Positions 36,995-48,700 of a stretch of 64,000 bases of DNA are shown piece by piece. Both the position numbers and the translations under genes were made by a program. The notes under the pieces are model-generated. The model was not told the DNA's origin, did no database searches, and saw only the letters and a list, made by a program, of their open reading frames with translations. The stretch comes from Patescibacteria group bacterium (GTDB lineage: Bacteria; Patescibacteriota; Patescibacteriia; 2-01-FULL-39-33), in NCBI GenBank assembly GCA_041649655.1, contig JBAZMO010000001.1:173-64172 (forward strand), written 5' to 3'. Each line of letters begins with the position of its first letter. Position 1 is the stretch's first letter.

Positions 36995-38506
36995 ATGCCT
37001 AATCTGAAAAAAAATGTGACTGAAAATCCATCTAAAAAAAGAACTTCTCGCGGCAAACGGGAGATTATTACTGTTACCGGCATGCGGGATATTTTGCCGC
37101 AAGATCAGAAATATTGGCAAATCGCCATCAATTCCATTAAGAAGATCGCTAATGATTATGATTACGGCTTGATCGAGACGCCGATTTTGGAATACGCCGA
37201 TCTGTTTGTCAAAAGCACCGGCAAACAATCCGATATCGTTGAGAAGGAAATGTTCGCCTTTGTCGATCAAGGCGGCGATCAGCTGGCTTTGCGTCCGGAG
37301 GGTACGCCCGGCGTGGTCCGCGCCTATATCCAGCATGGCATGGTCAACCAGCCCCAGCCGGTTCGAATGTATTATATCGAACAGATGTTTCGCCATGAAA
37401 AGCCGCAATCCGGCCGTTATCGCCAATTTTTTCAAGCCGGTTTCGAAGCGATCGGAGAGGCCGGTCCGACTTTGGACGCCCAGATGATTCTGATGGGTTA
37501 TAATATCATTAGCGGTCTGGGTATTGGCGCGGTGGTGCAAGTCAACTCGATCGGCTGTACGGTTTGCCGCGAAGAATACAAAAAAGCGCTGTTGAAATAT
37601 TATAAACAGCACAGCAAGGCGTTGTGCGAGAATTGCCTGAACCGGTTGGCTCGCAATCCGCTCCGTCTTTTGGATTGCAAGGAGCCGAGCTGCGAAACGA
37701 TCAAGGAGGGGGCGCCGCAGATTCTTGATTATCTTGATGATGACTGTAAAAAGCATTTTATGAAAGTTCTGGAATATCTGGATGAACTCAATCTGCCTTA
37801 CGTACTCAATCCTCGCATTGTCCGAGGTCTCGATTATTATAATCGCACCGTTTTTGAATATTGGGCGGCCGAAGACCAGGAAGGCAAGACGGCTTTGGGC
37901 GGCGGCGGCCGGTTTGATGATCTGGTTGAATTGATGGGCGGCCGTGAAAAGACCCCGGCTTGCGGTTTTTCTTTGGGGCTGGATCGCGTTGTCGCCAAGA
38001 TCCGCGAGAGCGAAGCGCTGATGGAAGAAATTTATCAACCCGATGTATTTTTAGCGCAATTGGGCGAGAATGCCAAAAAGAAGGCCTTGGTGTTATACGA
38101 AAAAATGCGCCATAAATTCAAGATGTCCCAGGCCTTTTATAAAGACAGCTTGAAGGCGCAGCTGGAGCAGGCCAATAAGCTGAAAGTCAAATACACTTTG
38201 ATTCTGGGTCAGAAAGAAGTCAGCGACGGCACGATCATGTTGCGCGATATGAATGGCGCGGTTCAGGAAGTCATCGATTTCAATAAGATCGAGAGCGAAC
38301 TCTCGAAACGGCTGGAACGATATTCGGGCGCCGAGGGAGTAGCGGTCATCGATACGGAAGAAACCCGGGCGGCTATGTCGTCTAAGAAAAAGCACGATTA
38401 CGGCGATCGAGTCGCGGAAGAAACCAATGATTTTCAGGACTTCGGCGGCGGCGCAAGTTTCGGCGGCGATGAGGCCGAGCCGTCTGATGCGGCCGGCAGC
38501 TACTAA
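36995..38506 (+). CDS. hisS: histidyl-tRNA synthetase with acidic Gly-rich C-terminal tail
   Basis: MRDILP and class II motifs; HisRS-specific GGRFD (GGGGRFDDL). C-terminal anticodon-binding domain plus a DFQDFGGGASFGGDEAEPSD tail. Confidence 0.95.
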   Translation: MPNLKKNVTENPSKKRTSRGKREIITVTGMRDILPQDQKYWQIAINSIKKIANDYDYGLIETPILEYADLFVKSTGKQSDIVEKEMFAFVDQGGDQLALRPEGTPGVVRAYIQHGMVNQPQPVRMYYIEQMFRHEKPQSGRYRQFFQAGFEAIGEAGPTLDAQMILMGYNIISGLGIGAVVQVNSIGCTVCREEYKKALLKYYKQHSKALCENCLNRLARNPLRLLDCKEPSCETIKEGAPQILDYLDDDCKKHFMKVLEYLDELNLPYVLNPRIVRGLDYYNRTVFEYWAAEDQEGKTALGGGGRFDDLVELMGGREKTPACGFSLGLDRVVAKIRESEALMEEIYQPDVFLAQLGENAKKKALVLYEKMRHKFKMSQAFYKDSLKAQLEQANKLKVKYTLILGQKEVSDGTIMLRDMNGAVQEVIDFNKIESELSKRLERYSGAEGVAVIDTEETRAAMSSKKKHDYGDRVAEETNDFQDFGGGASFGGDEAEPSDAAGSY

Positions 38507-38563
38507 TCGAGTTATTGATTAATAATTGATATAAACTAATCATAGAAAGCGAGGTGAATTAAT

Positions 38564-38806
38564 GTGGCAGAAGTAAAAAGAAAAAAAGGCGAATCATTTG
38601 AAGCGCTGGTCAGGCGTTTTTCCAGAAAAGTCCAACAAAGCGGACGTTTGTTGCAGTCGCGAAAAATCCGCTACCATTCCAAAGATAAGAATAAGACAGC
38701 CGTTCGAGCCGCAGCGTCCAGGCGGTCGGAAATCACTGCCAAGCGCGAATATTTGAAGAAAATCGGCAAGTTAATCGAAGAGCCGACCAGGACTTTCAGA
38801 CGATAA
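38564..38806 (+). CDS. rpsU: 30S ribosomal protein S21
   Basis: MAEVKRKKGESFEALVRRFSRKVQQSGRLLQSRKIRYHSK; start codon may be GTG or ATG within 1-2 nt. Confidence 0.9.
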   Translation: MAEVKRKKGESFEALVRRFSRKVQQSGRLLQSRKIRYHSKDKNKTAVRAAASRRSEITAKREYLKKIGKLIEEPTRTFRR

Positions 38807-38923
38807 TTTTTAGGTTTTTAAATTTGCTCCGAAGCTGGCGACAGGTTCGGAGAAATGTGAAAAACTATTGATTGAATCATGAATTTTGAATTATGAATCA
38901 TGATTTAGAATTTGGAATTAATT

Positions 38924-38947
38924 ATTCATAATTCATAATTCATAATT
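38924..38947 (+). repeat. (ATTCATA)3.5 heptamer tandem repeat in the yqeY promoter region
   Basis: ATTCATAATTCATAATTCATAATTC, preceded by two TGAATCATGA motifs at 38874..38883 and 38894..38903. Confidence 0.7.
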
Positions 38948-38954
38948 CCGCATT

Positions 38955-39410
38955 ATGTTAGAATCCCAAATAAATTCCGCTTTTCTTGAGGCCTACAAGG
39001 CGAAAGACGAGGCCTTGGTTTCGACGTTAAGAATGTTGAAGTCCGCCATACTTAATAAAAAGATTGAGAAATCGTTGCCAAAGGAAGAAATTCTGGCTGA
39101 TGATGAGGTGATGGCTGTTTTGAAATCAGAAGCCAAGAAACGAGCTGATTCGGTGGAATCCTATCGCGCCGCCGGCCGAGAGGACTTGGCGCAGAAAGAA
39201 GAAGCGGAAATCATCATTATCAAGAAATTCCTGCCGGAACAACTGTCGGAAGAAGCTGTTAGGGAGTTGGTGGTGGCGGTTATCGCCGAGTCAGGCAACC
39301 CTGGGCCGTCCGGTTTCGGCAAGATCATGAGCGCGGTTATGGCTCGAGCCAAGGGCGCGGCTGATGGCGCGGCTGTCTCAAAGGCAGTGAAAGAAGAGTT
39401 GGGAAAATAA
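38955..39410 (+). CDS. GatB/YqeY domain protein
   Basis: 151 aa; full-length YqeY-family similarity. Confidence 0.85.
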   Translation: MLESQINSAFLEAYKAKDEALVSTLRMLKSAILNKKIEKSLPKEEILADDEVMAVLKSEAKKRADSVESYRAAGREDLAQKEEAEIIIIKKFLPEQLSEEAVRELVVAVIAESGNPGPSGFGKIMSAVMARAKGAADGAAVSKAVKEELGK

Positions 39411-39503
39411 TTCAATCTCAAGTTAGTAACTTAATAAAATCATTTTTAAATACTGAGGTAGCTTAAACTATTTCACATTACGCGCCCGGAAGGTGACAAA
39501 CAT

Positions 39504-42500
39504 ATGATTAAGAGACAAATCGTTTCTAATCAAAGGTCGTTTTTCAAAAACGCTAGAGCCGCTACTATCGGTTCCTTAGCGTTTTTTATTGCTTTATTTT
39601 TAATGCCGGCTTTGGCTTGGGCGGCCGGCGATATTCCGACATTATCCGGAGTAGTCGAGGGGACTGGTTTGCCCATGGTTAATCTGACGGTCTTTTTGCT
39701 GGCGATCTTGCGGATCTTTTTCGGCTTATTGGGAGTGCTCGCGATCGCGCTTTTGATGTATGGCGGCTTCATTTGGATGACCGCGGCCGGCGAGCCGGAT
39801 AAAGTCACCAAAGCCAAACAAATCATCTATAATACGATTATCGGCTTGATCGTGATCTTTTCCGCTTTTGCCATTACCTCTTTTTTAATGGCTTGGCTGA
39901 ACGGCTTGGGTGGCGGCGGCGATGGCGGCGGCACGACTCGGATTCCCGGCGGCAATGGCGATTGGGGCCGTTCGGCGATTGGGGCCGGACCGATTCAAAG
40001 CGTTTATCCGGCTCCTAATGCGGTCAATGTCCCGATCAATACCAGGATTGCTGTCACTTTTAAAGTTAATATCGATCCTTCCAGTATCTGCGAATTAGTC
40101 GCTGGCGAAACTTATTGCAATGGCGGATTGATGAAGAATGTCACGATTTGCGCGATTAGTTCAACCAGTTCCGATTGCCTGCCGGATCCGGAATTCAACG
40201 CTAATGTTTATGCCGATACCAAGGTCTACCAAGCGACTTCCAGCGATCAAAGGACTTTCATTTTTTCAACCAATAATTATTTAGGCCTTGATGACAATCA
40301 AGTCAGGATTTTCAAGGTTCATTTGGGCGCCGACATAGAAGCGGCTGCTACCAATGAATCGGTTTTTGCTAATCTTCGTTATCCTGATTATGCCTGGGCT
40401 TTCAAGACCAACGGCGTTCTTGATTTCTCGCCGCCTGAGGTGGCTCGAATGGAAATTTATCCCAATCCGGATAATACTCCCGACACTTACAATGTCGGCG
40501 CGCAGTCGACTGTTGGCTCGGCTTCAATTACCGCCTCAATCACCCCTCGACTGGAAACCCCACCGACGATCCAAGGCCGTCCGTTTACTGGTACGCCGTT
40601 GGTTGATATATCTCTAACTGAGGATCTTGATAATGATCCAATTATTCCAGATGATTATTTGAAATTAGGCACCTCTGGTTTTAGTGTTACTAGCACTAAT
40701 TCTGTAAAAAAAATATCATTTCAGATTAGTCCGGCTGGCGAATATATTGAATTTGATATTTCACCGGATGCGGCCAGTATCTTAGGCGTTACTTTTTCTA
40801 GAACAGGAGTTTGCGCCAATAAGGAACGTTGCTTGTTAGTAGATGATAATAAGCGTGTGACGTTGACCGGCTCCGGATTAACAATCGCTTCAACTGGCAA
40901 TTTTTCCGAGGCGCGCGGTTCAAAGTGGTCATTTACCGTCTCTCCCGCTGTTAATGGCGATGAAGTGATTTTGGCTAACGGTACTAATAAGATTAATTTT
41001 ATTTTTGCGGATACATCTTTGCCTGCTAAAATTACTAAGCGTTCAGTGGCGAGCGATGGCCGGACGATAGTCAACACTGATTATTTCACTGTTAAGTCGG
41101 CTGCGACTTCGACGGCCGGCTATCTGAAGGGCCTTAATGACGCCCTGATTGCTCACGCTGGCAATTTTGTAACATCAACTGTTGCTACTAATAAAATAAT
41201 CGTCACGCCGAAAGCGGCTGGCGCTAATTCTTTAAGCTTAACGACTAATAGCTCGGCGCTGGCTATCGACGGCAATTTATCAGGAGAAGCCAGGGTTACC
41301 GCTCGAACGCCTTTGCCGCCCGGTTCAAAGGGCGATGCCTACAATAATTCGGTTTTCCGGGTGTCTTTTACCGAGGCAATCAGCCCGATCAATATTGAAC
41401 AGCATGTCATAATCAAGATTAACGGAGATATTGTCACGGCTTCCACCACTTTGACTAATCAATACCGCACGCTGGAATTTTTGGGCACTAAGCCGTGCGG
41501 CGTTAACAGTTGCGGCAAACAGATGTATTGCTGGCTGGATCCCAACAGCGCCGATGTTTCTTTGCCGGCGAGTATAGAAATCGTGGCGGCCGGCTTGAAG
41601 ACCTGTGTCGGGACGAATGATGATTGGTGCGTTAAATTCGGCGGCACTTGCCAAGTCGGAGTTGATGGTGGCCGTTGCCAATTAACCAATGGCTTGCATT
41701 ATCCTCAGGCCGATGTTTCAGCTGATGGCGTTACCGACATGGCTAATAATTCTTTCAACGGCAATTTTAATAAATCAGAGAATAATAAAGGCGTCATGGT
41801 CGGCAATGCTGAAGGCCGATCGGGAACCGGCGCTGGCAGATCTGGCCAGCCGGCTTATAACGCCAATAGCATTACAACACCAATACACTTCGACGGCTTA
41901 GTCACTTCTTTTGCCAACGACGGCGATGCCAATGGTGATAACTTTTCTTGGTCATTCTTCGTTTCCACTCAGATTGATCGGGCCGCTCCGTTGATTGCCA
42001 AAATCTTACCAACCGGCGACAGTTCCCATGGTATCGGCCTTGATCAGACCTTCCGCGATCCGGTCACTTTAGTTTTTAATGGCTTGATGCGTCTGGCGAC
42101 TCTTCAGCCGGGCTGGGGTTATGGCGAGCGCGAGGCCGACCCCCGTTGGCATACCAGGTATTTGATTTTGAAAACGATTACGGCCGGAGCCAATCCGATC
42201 GGCTATTGGGTTAGCGCGCTCAACTTGGATGAGGGTGATTTTTCGACCGAGGCCGGCCGAGGCGATGGCCTGGCTGATTATACTGAAGCCCGCATCAATC
42301 ACAGCGCTTACGATCAGGCGGTTAATTACGGTCCGCTCGCCGGTAATGGTATTGAGTCAATCACTCAGAATTGCCTTTTGCCCGGTAATGGTCCGATAGA
42401 TGCCGGTGCTACCGGCGATAATAAGTGCGTTTATAATTCTGATGGTTCTGGCAATACTTCCGGTTGTGTCACTGATCTGGATATTGACTCGAATAGACGC

Positions 42501-42710
42501 GTTACCTCGACTAATCCGTCTTCTTATGGCTATTTGCTTTGCAAAGATATTGACGGAGCGGTTTTGTGCGCCAGTGACAAAAAATGCAAGGCCCATGTTG
42601 CTACTTCCACAAATTCTGTTTTGAATGGCAGTTGGATTATTACCAAGGATAAATCCATCACTGATTTTACTACCGGAGAAACCGGCTGCTGCTTTGGCAA
42701 GTGTTTTTAA
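39504..42710 (+). CDS. giant secreted/surface protein 1 (1068 aa) with conserved N-terminal helical-hairpin membrane module
   Basis: Signal peptide then two TM helices around the invariant MYGGFIWMTAAGEPDKVTKAK. Gly-rich linker. Long Ser/Thr/Asn/Gly-rich beta-type extracellular region. C-terminal Cys cluster CCFGKCF. Confidence 0.7.
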   Translation: MIKRQIVSNQRSFFKNARAATIGSLAFFIALFLMPALAWAAGDIPTLSGVVEGTGLPMVNLTVFLLAILRIFFGLLGVLAIALLMYGGFIWMTAAGEPDKVTKAKQIIYNTIIGLIVIFSAFAITSFLMAWLNGLGGGGDGGGTTRIPGGNGDWGRSAIGAGPIQSVYPAPNAVNVPINTRIAVTFKVNIDPSSICELVAGETYCNGGLMKNVTICAISSTSSDCLPDPEFNANVYADTKVYQATSSDQRTFIFSTNNYLGLDDNQVRIFKVHLGADIEAAATNESVFANLRYPDYAWAFKTNGVLDFSPPEVARMEIYPNPDNTPDTYNVGAQSTVGSASITASITPRLETPPTIQGRPFTGTPLVDISLTEDLDNDPIIPDDYLKLGTSGFSVTSTNSVKKISFQISPAGEYIEFDISPDAASILGVTFSRTGVCANKERCLLVDDNKRVTLTGSGLTIASTGNFSEARGSKWSFTVSPAVNGDEVILANGTNKINFIFADTSLPAKITKRSVASDGRTIVNTDYFTVKSAATSTAGYLKGLNDALIAHAGNFVTSTVATNKIIVTPKAAGANSLSLTTNSSALAIDGNLSGEARVTARTPLPPGSKGDAYNNSVFRVSFTEAISPINIEQHVIIKINGDIVTASTTLTNQYRTLEFLGTKPCGVNSCGKQMYCWLDPNSADVSLPASIEIVAAGLKTCVGTNDDWCVKFGGTCQVGVDGGRCQLTNGLHYPQADVSADGVTDMANNSFNGNFNKSENNKGVMVGNAEGRSGTGAGRSGQPAYNANSITTPIHFDGLVTSFANDGDANGDNFSWSFFVSTQIDRAAPLIAKILPTGDSSHGIGLDQTFRDPVTLVFNGLMRLATLQPGWGYGEREADPRWHTRYLILKTITAGANPIGYWVSALNLDEGDFSTEAGRGDGLADYTEARINHSAYDQAVNYGPLAGNGIESITQNCLLPGNGPIDAGATGDNKCVYNSDGSGNTSGCVTDLDIDSNRRVTSTNPSSYGYLLCKDIDGAVLCASDKKCKAHVATSTNSVLNGSWIITKDKSITDFTTGETGCCFGKCF

Positions 42711-42744
42711 GTTATACAATACAAAAAGAAATTTTAATTCTTCA

Positions 42745-45700
42745 ATGTTAGTTCGAACAAAAAAAACACTTTTAGTCATTCTTGTAATTCTGGCGGCAGC
42801 GACTTTAGCGTTGCCGGCGGCGGTTTTGGCTGCGGGCGAAGTCCCGTCGATCGGCTTATTCGGCAGTATTTTCGGCACAGCGACTTTGGCGCAGATCATT
42901 ATTCGGATCATTCAGCTGTTTATGGCGCTTCTCGGCGTCATTGTTGTGGTATTTTTGATGTATGGCGGCTTTATTTGGATGACGGCCTCAGGCGATCCGG
43001 ACAAAGTCACCAAGGCCAAGCGTATCATCTTGCAGGCGATTATCGGCTTGGTTATAATTTTTTCGGCTTTTGCCATCTCCGCTTTCATTTTTGATCGTTT
43101 CGGCCCGCCGGACGGCGGTTCTCCGACTGAGCCCTGCGAAACTGTCGGAGAAACCGACAATTGTTCGGTCGGCGGCTGCACCGGTTTGCGGACTTGTCTG
43201 GAAGGCAATATCTGGGGTCCATGCCAATTCGATCCTAATTGCGATCCGATCAATCCTCCTTATAACCTAATTCCGCCGGTCATCACTTATATTGACCCGG
43301 CTTGGGACGTTAATGGCGATACTGATCCGAGCAATATCACGGAGGCCTCTACGGCTGATGACATTTCCAATGGTGCTCCGGGCAATGCCATCAGTATTTT
43401 CGGCCGTTATTTCGGCCAAGTCAGGGGCAAGGTTTATTTTGTCAGAAATAGTGACAATATTAGAACCGAGGCCGACATTGCCGATTGTTTCGGCGCTTGG
43501 ACTAGCAATCAGATCATTGTCGTGGTGCCGGACGGTTTGGATCAAATGGATATCAGCTCGGAAACGGCCATCGTCAATGCCAGTCCGCTCAGGAATTACA
43601 ATGTAATTGTCGAGAAAAATTCGACCGGGGCGACGTCTTTGGTCTCCAATGACTGGGGGTTTCAAGTCAATAAAATCGAACGGCCGGGGATTTGTTCTAT
43701 GGTTCCCAAGAGTGGCGCCTATCCGGCGACGACGACGATTGTCGGTTGGAGATTTCCCAGCGCTTCGCCGCAGAATGTTTTGTGGTCGCTGTCGCCTTAT
43801 CATGCAACATCAAGCGCTAGTGCTTGGACCGTCAGTTCGACGATCGATACCGTGCCGCAGGATTTAAGCGGCCGCGCTCTGGTAAATATTTTTAATGGCG
43901 TTGTCAAGAGTAATTCATATTTGTTCATGGTTTCTCGAGGCCGATTGGATGATCCTTGCGGCTATGATAATCGTTCATGCGACGAGGATATTAATACTTG
44001 CGGCCAAGATGAGGGCGTAGTTTTGGCCTGCCAATTCTGTTCTGATGATCCGGCTAATGATGATCATTATCAAGCCGGCTGTGATTTGTCGAAGAATTGC
44101 ACTTGCCAAATCAACTCGAAAGACGCCTGCGTTTATAATTCTGATCAGTTGCAAAATGATAAGCAGGCCTGCTTTATTGGCGGTTGCGCCGGCTTTAAAT
44201 ATTGCACTGATAGAGGTGTTTGGAGTAGCACTTGTGTGCCATCAGCAGTCGATTGCGTGCCATATCTGGGCAATCGTTCCGGCATCGCCTCATTTTCTTG
44301 GGCTTTTAACGCTTTGAAACGGCCGATAGCCGGCATGAGCTGTAAGTCGGATATTTGGAGCGATGATACTTGCGATCTTAACGGCTGTTTTGACGCCAAT
44401 CTCGGCTGTGATACTTCTCAAACGACTGAAGAGTGGGTTGAGATTTATAATCCGACCGATAGTGCGATTGATATCAGTGATTTAAGAATCAGCTATATTG
44501 ATGATTATTTCGGCACTGAAGAAAAAACCTTTTTTTCTTTTTCTAATCCGACTGGCAAATTTATCGGCGGCAAGAGTTACATGGCCCTAAGGAACACCGG
44601 AGCCCGTTTGCCGAATATTTCTGGAAAAATAATTTTAAATAATAATTTCAGCCAAGTTGATATTGTTGAGTATGGCAATAATGATTTATCGGCGGCTTTT
44701 TCGCCCGCTTCTTTTGGTCGGAAAATAGACGGTTTGGATACCGGCAACGCGTCTGATTTTGTTTATTTTCCTAATTCGAGCGGCGATTTTCCTAACAATA
44801 CGGCCAGTTCGACGATCGGTGATCATTTGGTTATAAATGAGGTTTCTTTGGCTCATGATGCCTGTACTTGCGTGCCGAAGTCGCAATTATGCGCCCCTGG
44901 CGAAGTTGATGCCCAGACCTGCGATCCGGTCGGGCAGTGCCGGCAGGCGAGGACCTGTTCGGCCGACGGCCATTGGGGCGCTTGCGTTCAAAGCGATCCC
45001 AATTGCATTCCTTATCCGCTTGTGCCGGCCTCGACTATCGCTTCTTACAGCTGGTCGTTCGGCGCGAATGCCGGGCTCTCTGGCGCCGGTCCGATGGTGG
45101 TTAAGTCGTGCGACGGTTCGGTCGATTGCAGCCGAAACAGTTTGCCCAGCCCTTCGCCCTGGGAAGAGTGGACGCCGGAAAATTCCAATGTGGAAAATCA
45201 AGCCAGTATCGATGCCTGTTTGAATGCCACGATTTTTGCGCGTTTTACACAAACGATGGATCAAGCGACTTTGAATACGGAGAATATTAAATTGTATAAA
45301 TATAATAATAGTAACGCAACTTGGGAAGATAATCGCTTAATTGATGATATTGAATCATTACCATTAAGTGACAGTGGTGTAGATTCTTTCAATTTAAAGC
45401 TTAATCAGAATTTAATTTCAAGTACCACTTATCGTGTTTATTTAAGCAAGTCGATTCGTGATGGATTGGGGCGCAATTTGATTGATACTCCTAATGGTCC
45501 GCGGCAGGAATTATGCGGCGGTGTCGGCGATGGCAATGGCGTCTGCTGGAGTTTTAAAACTCGCGCAGCCAGCGATCCTAATAAGATGTGCGAAGTCGGC
45601 TGCGTCAATTGCGGTCCGGACAAGTACTTCAATCGTTATTACGGCCAAAAGAAACAGCACGCCGCTTATCCGATCAGCATTGATAATTCTTGCATTGTGC

Positions 45701-48700
45701 TGGATGCTACGAATTATGAATGGGACTGGACGGTCGAGCAGCAAACCACTGGTAACAGTAATAATCGCGGTTGGGAAATCATGCGGACTATGGCGAGCGC
45801 CTATTCATGGCTGTTGGATCCAATCAGCCAGTTGGCTCTGACGGCAACTGATGGCATTTTACATCAGATAAGCGGCACAGTCATATCTGGCAAAGCGACG
45901 ACGACGGCGCAGTTGGAAACACGCTGGCGCACTAATTCCAATTATTCCGCTTGGTTCGAAGGCGATGATTTTGATTTTTTTGCAGTTAGGTCTAAGGAGG
46001 CCGCGACTCAAAATTCGGGAATCTGCCGGGCGCATAACAATTTTACCGATCCAGTGGTGATTGAAAGCCAATACTGCACCAAGAGTGATACTGAGGGTGA
46101 TGCTGACAGCGATAATTGGTCCAAGCAGGTCTTGCAAAGCCCGAGTCCCTGGAAGGGGCAAACTGATGCCTGCACTAATGGCGTTATCTTCGTGCTGTTT
46201 TCCCGTAATATGATGAATGGAAGTTTATTGAACGGCGGCCTAATTAAAAATTTTGAAATTTATAAGTGCGACAATGCCGCAGCCGCTACTTCTTCTGATT
46301 TCAGCAGTTATAATGATGATTGCGAACTTCAGCCGGCTTGGCAGGCTAAAGTTTTCAATTATACTCATCAAAATATCACCTTGCAGGAGTTAATGGCCGC
46401 TGCTGACAGCGTCCAAGGATCTACAACTCCGGAGGGAATCCGGATTTATCCTCCGAATAAATTAGCGTCCAACACTTGGTATAAAGTCCTTATTAGGGGC
46501 GGCGAGAACGGGGTGCGCGGAGGAAATTCTGATTCCAATGAGCAATCCGAGGGTGTTTTGCAAGTCCCCAATCCCAATGCCAGGATAATCAACGGTGCGG
46601 AAACTTGGTATTATTGGTATTTCAAGACAGGCGCCGGCGATTGCCCGATCGATCAGGTGGCGGTCTTGCCGCAAATCAAGTTTATGCCGGTAGTCGGAGA
46701 GTCCCAGGATTATTTAGCCGACCCGTATGCTGCCAATTGCAACCATCTTAATTCTAATAATTATGTTTGGCAGTGGGATTCTTTGATCAATCCCTTTGTC
46801 GACCGTTGTCCGAACGGCAATAATTCGGGCGATTATGTCGCTTCTATTCTTTCGACCACTTCAGACGAAACGATAGCGACTTCCAGAAGCGAGGGTAATA
46901 CTAAGATCACGGCCGCCGCCGAGCAGGGCGAGTGCGAAGCTAATAAATGGGGCGCCGGCGAATTGCAGGTCGGTTATGGCGGATTCAAGGTGTCTTCTTA
47001 TGACAACACCAATTGCTTGAACACTGATATTAATATCAATTTTTCTCAAGAGGCCAAAAGCGATACTCTTAAGAATAATATTGAGCTTTACCGATGCGGT
47101 AATTCTGATTGCCGTTTTGATGATTTACAGAACTTGCAGATTACTATAAGAAATCCGCAAGGCCTTTATGAAGATCCTATCAAACCAGATCCTTTTTATT
47201 CCAATTCGGTTTATCTGGTGCCGAATATCAATCTGACTCCGGGCGCAACTTATCGAGTGGTGGTTAAGGGAGGTGATACCGGCGTTAAGTCATTTGCTAA
47301 CTCCTCATTATTGGATTTGAATTATAATTCTGAGGCCAAAGCCGGTGGTGAAGTTTGCGATCCGGGGCTTTATCCTTGGCGGTCGGGCGATCCGTTTGTC
47401 GGATTATGCAGTAATGCCTGCAAGCTCATCGGCAACTTATGCGGCACGCCACTGGCGGAATGCCAGCCGGCTGATTTATTGTGCGATGACAACTGCCACA
47501 AAGTCGGCAATAGCAATACTTCGGCCAGTTGCGGTAATAATAAGATCGATCCCGGCGAGCAATGCGACGACGGCAATACCAGAGATGGCGATAGTTGCAG
47601 CTCGTTATGCTTGCTCGAAGGCAGCAACACCAGATACGGCTCGCTATGTGGCAACGGCAAGATAGAAAAAGGCGAGCAATGCGACGACGGCAATATCGTA
47701 GATAATGATGGCTGCAGTTCCGAATGTTTGCTGGGGGTAGAGGGCGTCACTACTAACATTTTATTTAATACCAGTTTTGAAGAAGACGACATACGTACTG
47801 GTGCGTTGAAAAATTGGTCTACATATTCACAAAAGCATTCTAAAGTGGAAGTTACATCAGTTGAGTATCAATCAGGAGCTCGAAGCGTTTTAATATTGCA
47901 GGAATCTAATCAAGTATTTCCCGGTACTTGTACGGAGGCGATTTGTAATGACTTGAGTCCAGCCCTCCCAACTAATATCGGTTGCACTTGGTTGAGTGCT
48001 ACCAATCAGTGTAGTTTTAATCAGCAGGATAGTGCGCATCTTGGCAACTCCAATCCCATTTATAATTTTGGCAACACTCTATATGCACCAAATAACCATG
48101 CGGTGGTGTGGGGTGCTCTTTCTTATAATGTATCTTCGCCCGGCTTTGTGGTAGGTCAGAAGTATACTGTTAAATTTTGGTACAAGGGAATAGTTGATAA
48201 GAATAGCACTACTAGTTTGGTTTTTGGTTATAACCCTGGCAATCTTAGTCAATGCAACTCGACTAGCACATTAAATTTGAAAGATGACCCAAGTAATCCT
48301 GGCAATGAAATTTGTAAAACTGGTAAATTTTGTTCTGACGATCCTAGTCATTGCTGTTTTCAGGCGCCTTACCAAACTAAATGTTATAGCGGCATATCTA
48401 AAACAGCGATTAATCCCGGTACTTATGATGATTGGCAGCCACATACGACCGAATTTATTTACACTTCGGAATTAGCCAGCTTGCGAGATAGTGCCGGCAG
48501 ATTATTAAATGTGATAGCCCTAGTTATTCCTAATGCGCCAACAACTGATAGTGGTACCAGGCTTTATATTGATGATTTTTCGGTCGAGCAAGTCGGTTCT
48601 GTCTCTGACGCGCCGATTTGCGGCAATGGCAAGATTGAAGCCGGTGAGCAATGCGATGATGGCGCTGATAATGCGGTTGATAGTTCGTCTCTTAATCGTT

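Noticed and set aside
38561-38566. Exact start codon of rpsU (ATG versus GTG 1-2 nt apart)
   Set aside because: My manual indexing could not resolve the frame to the nucleotide. The ORF-track coordinate is kept, and the product identity is unaffected.
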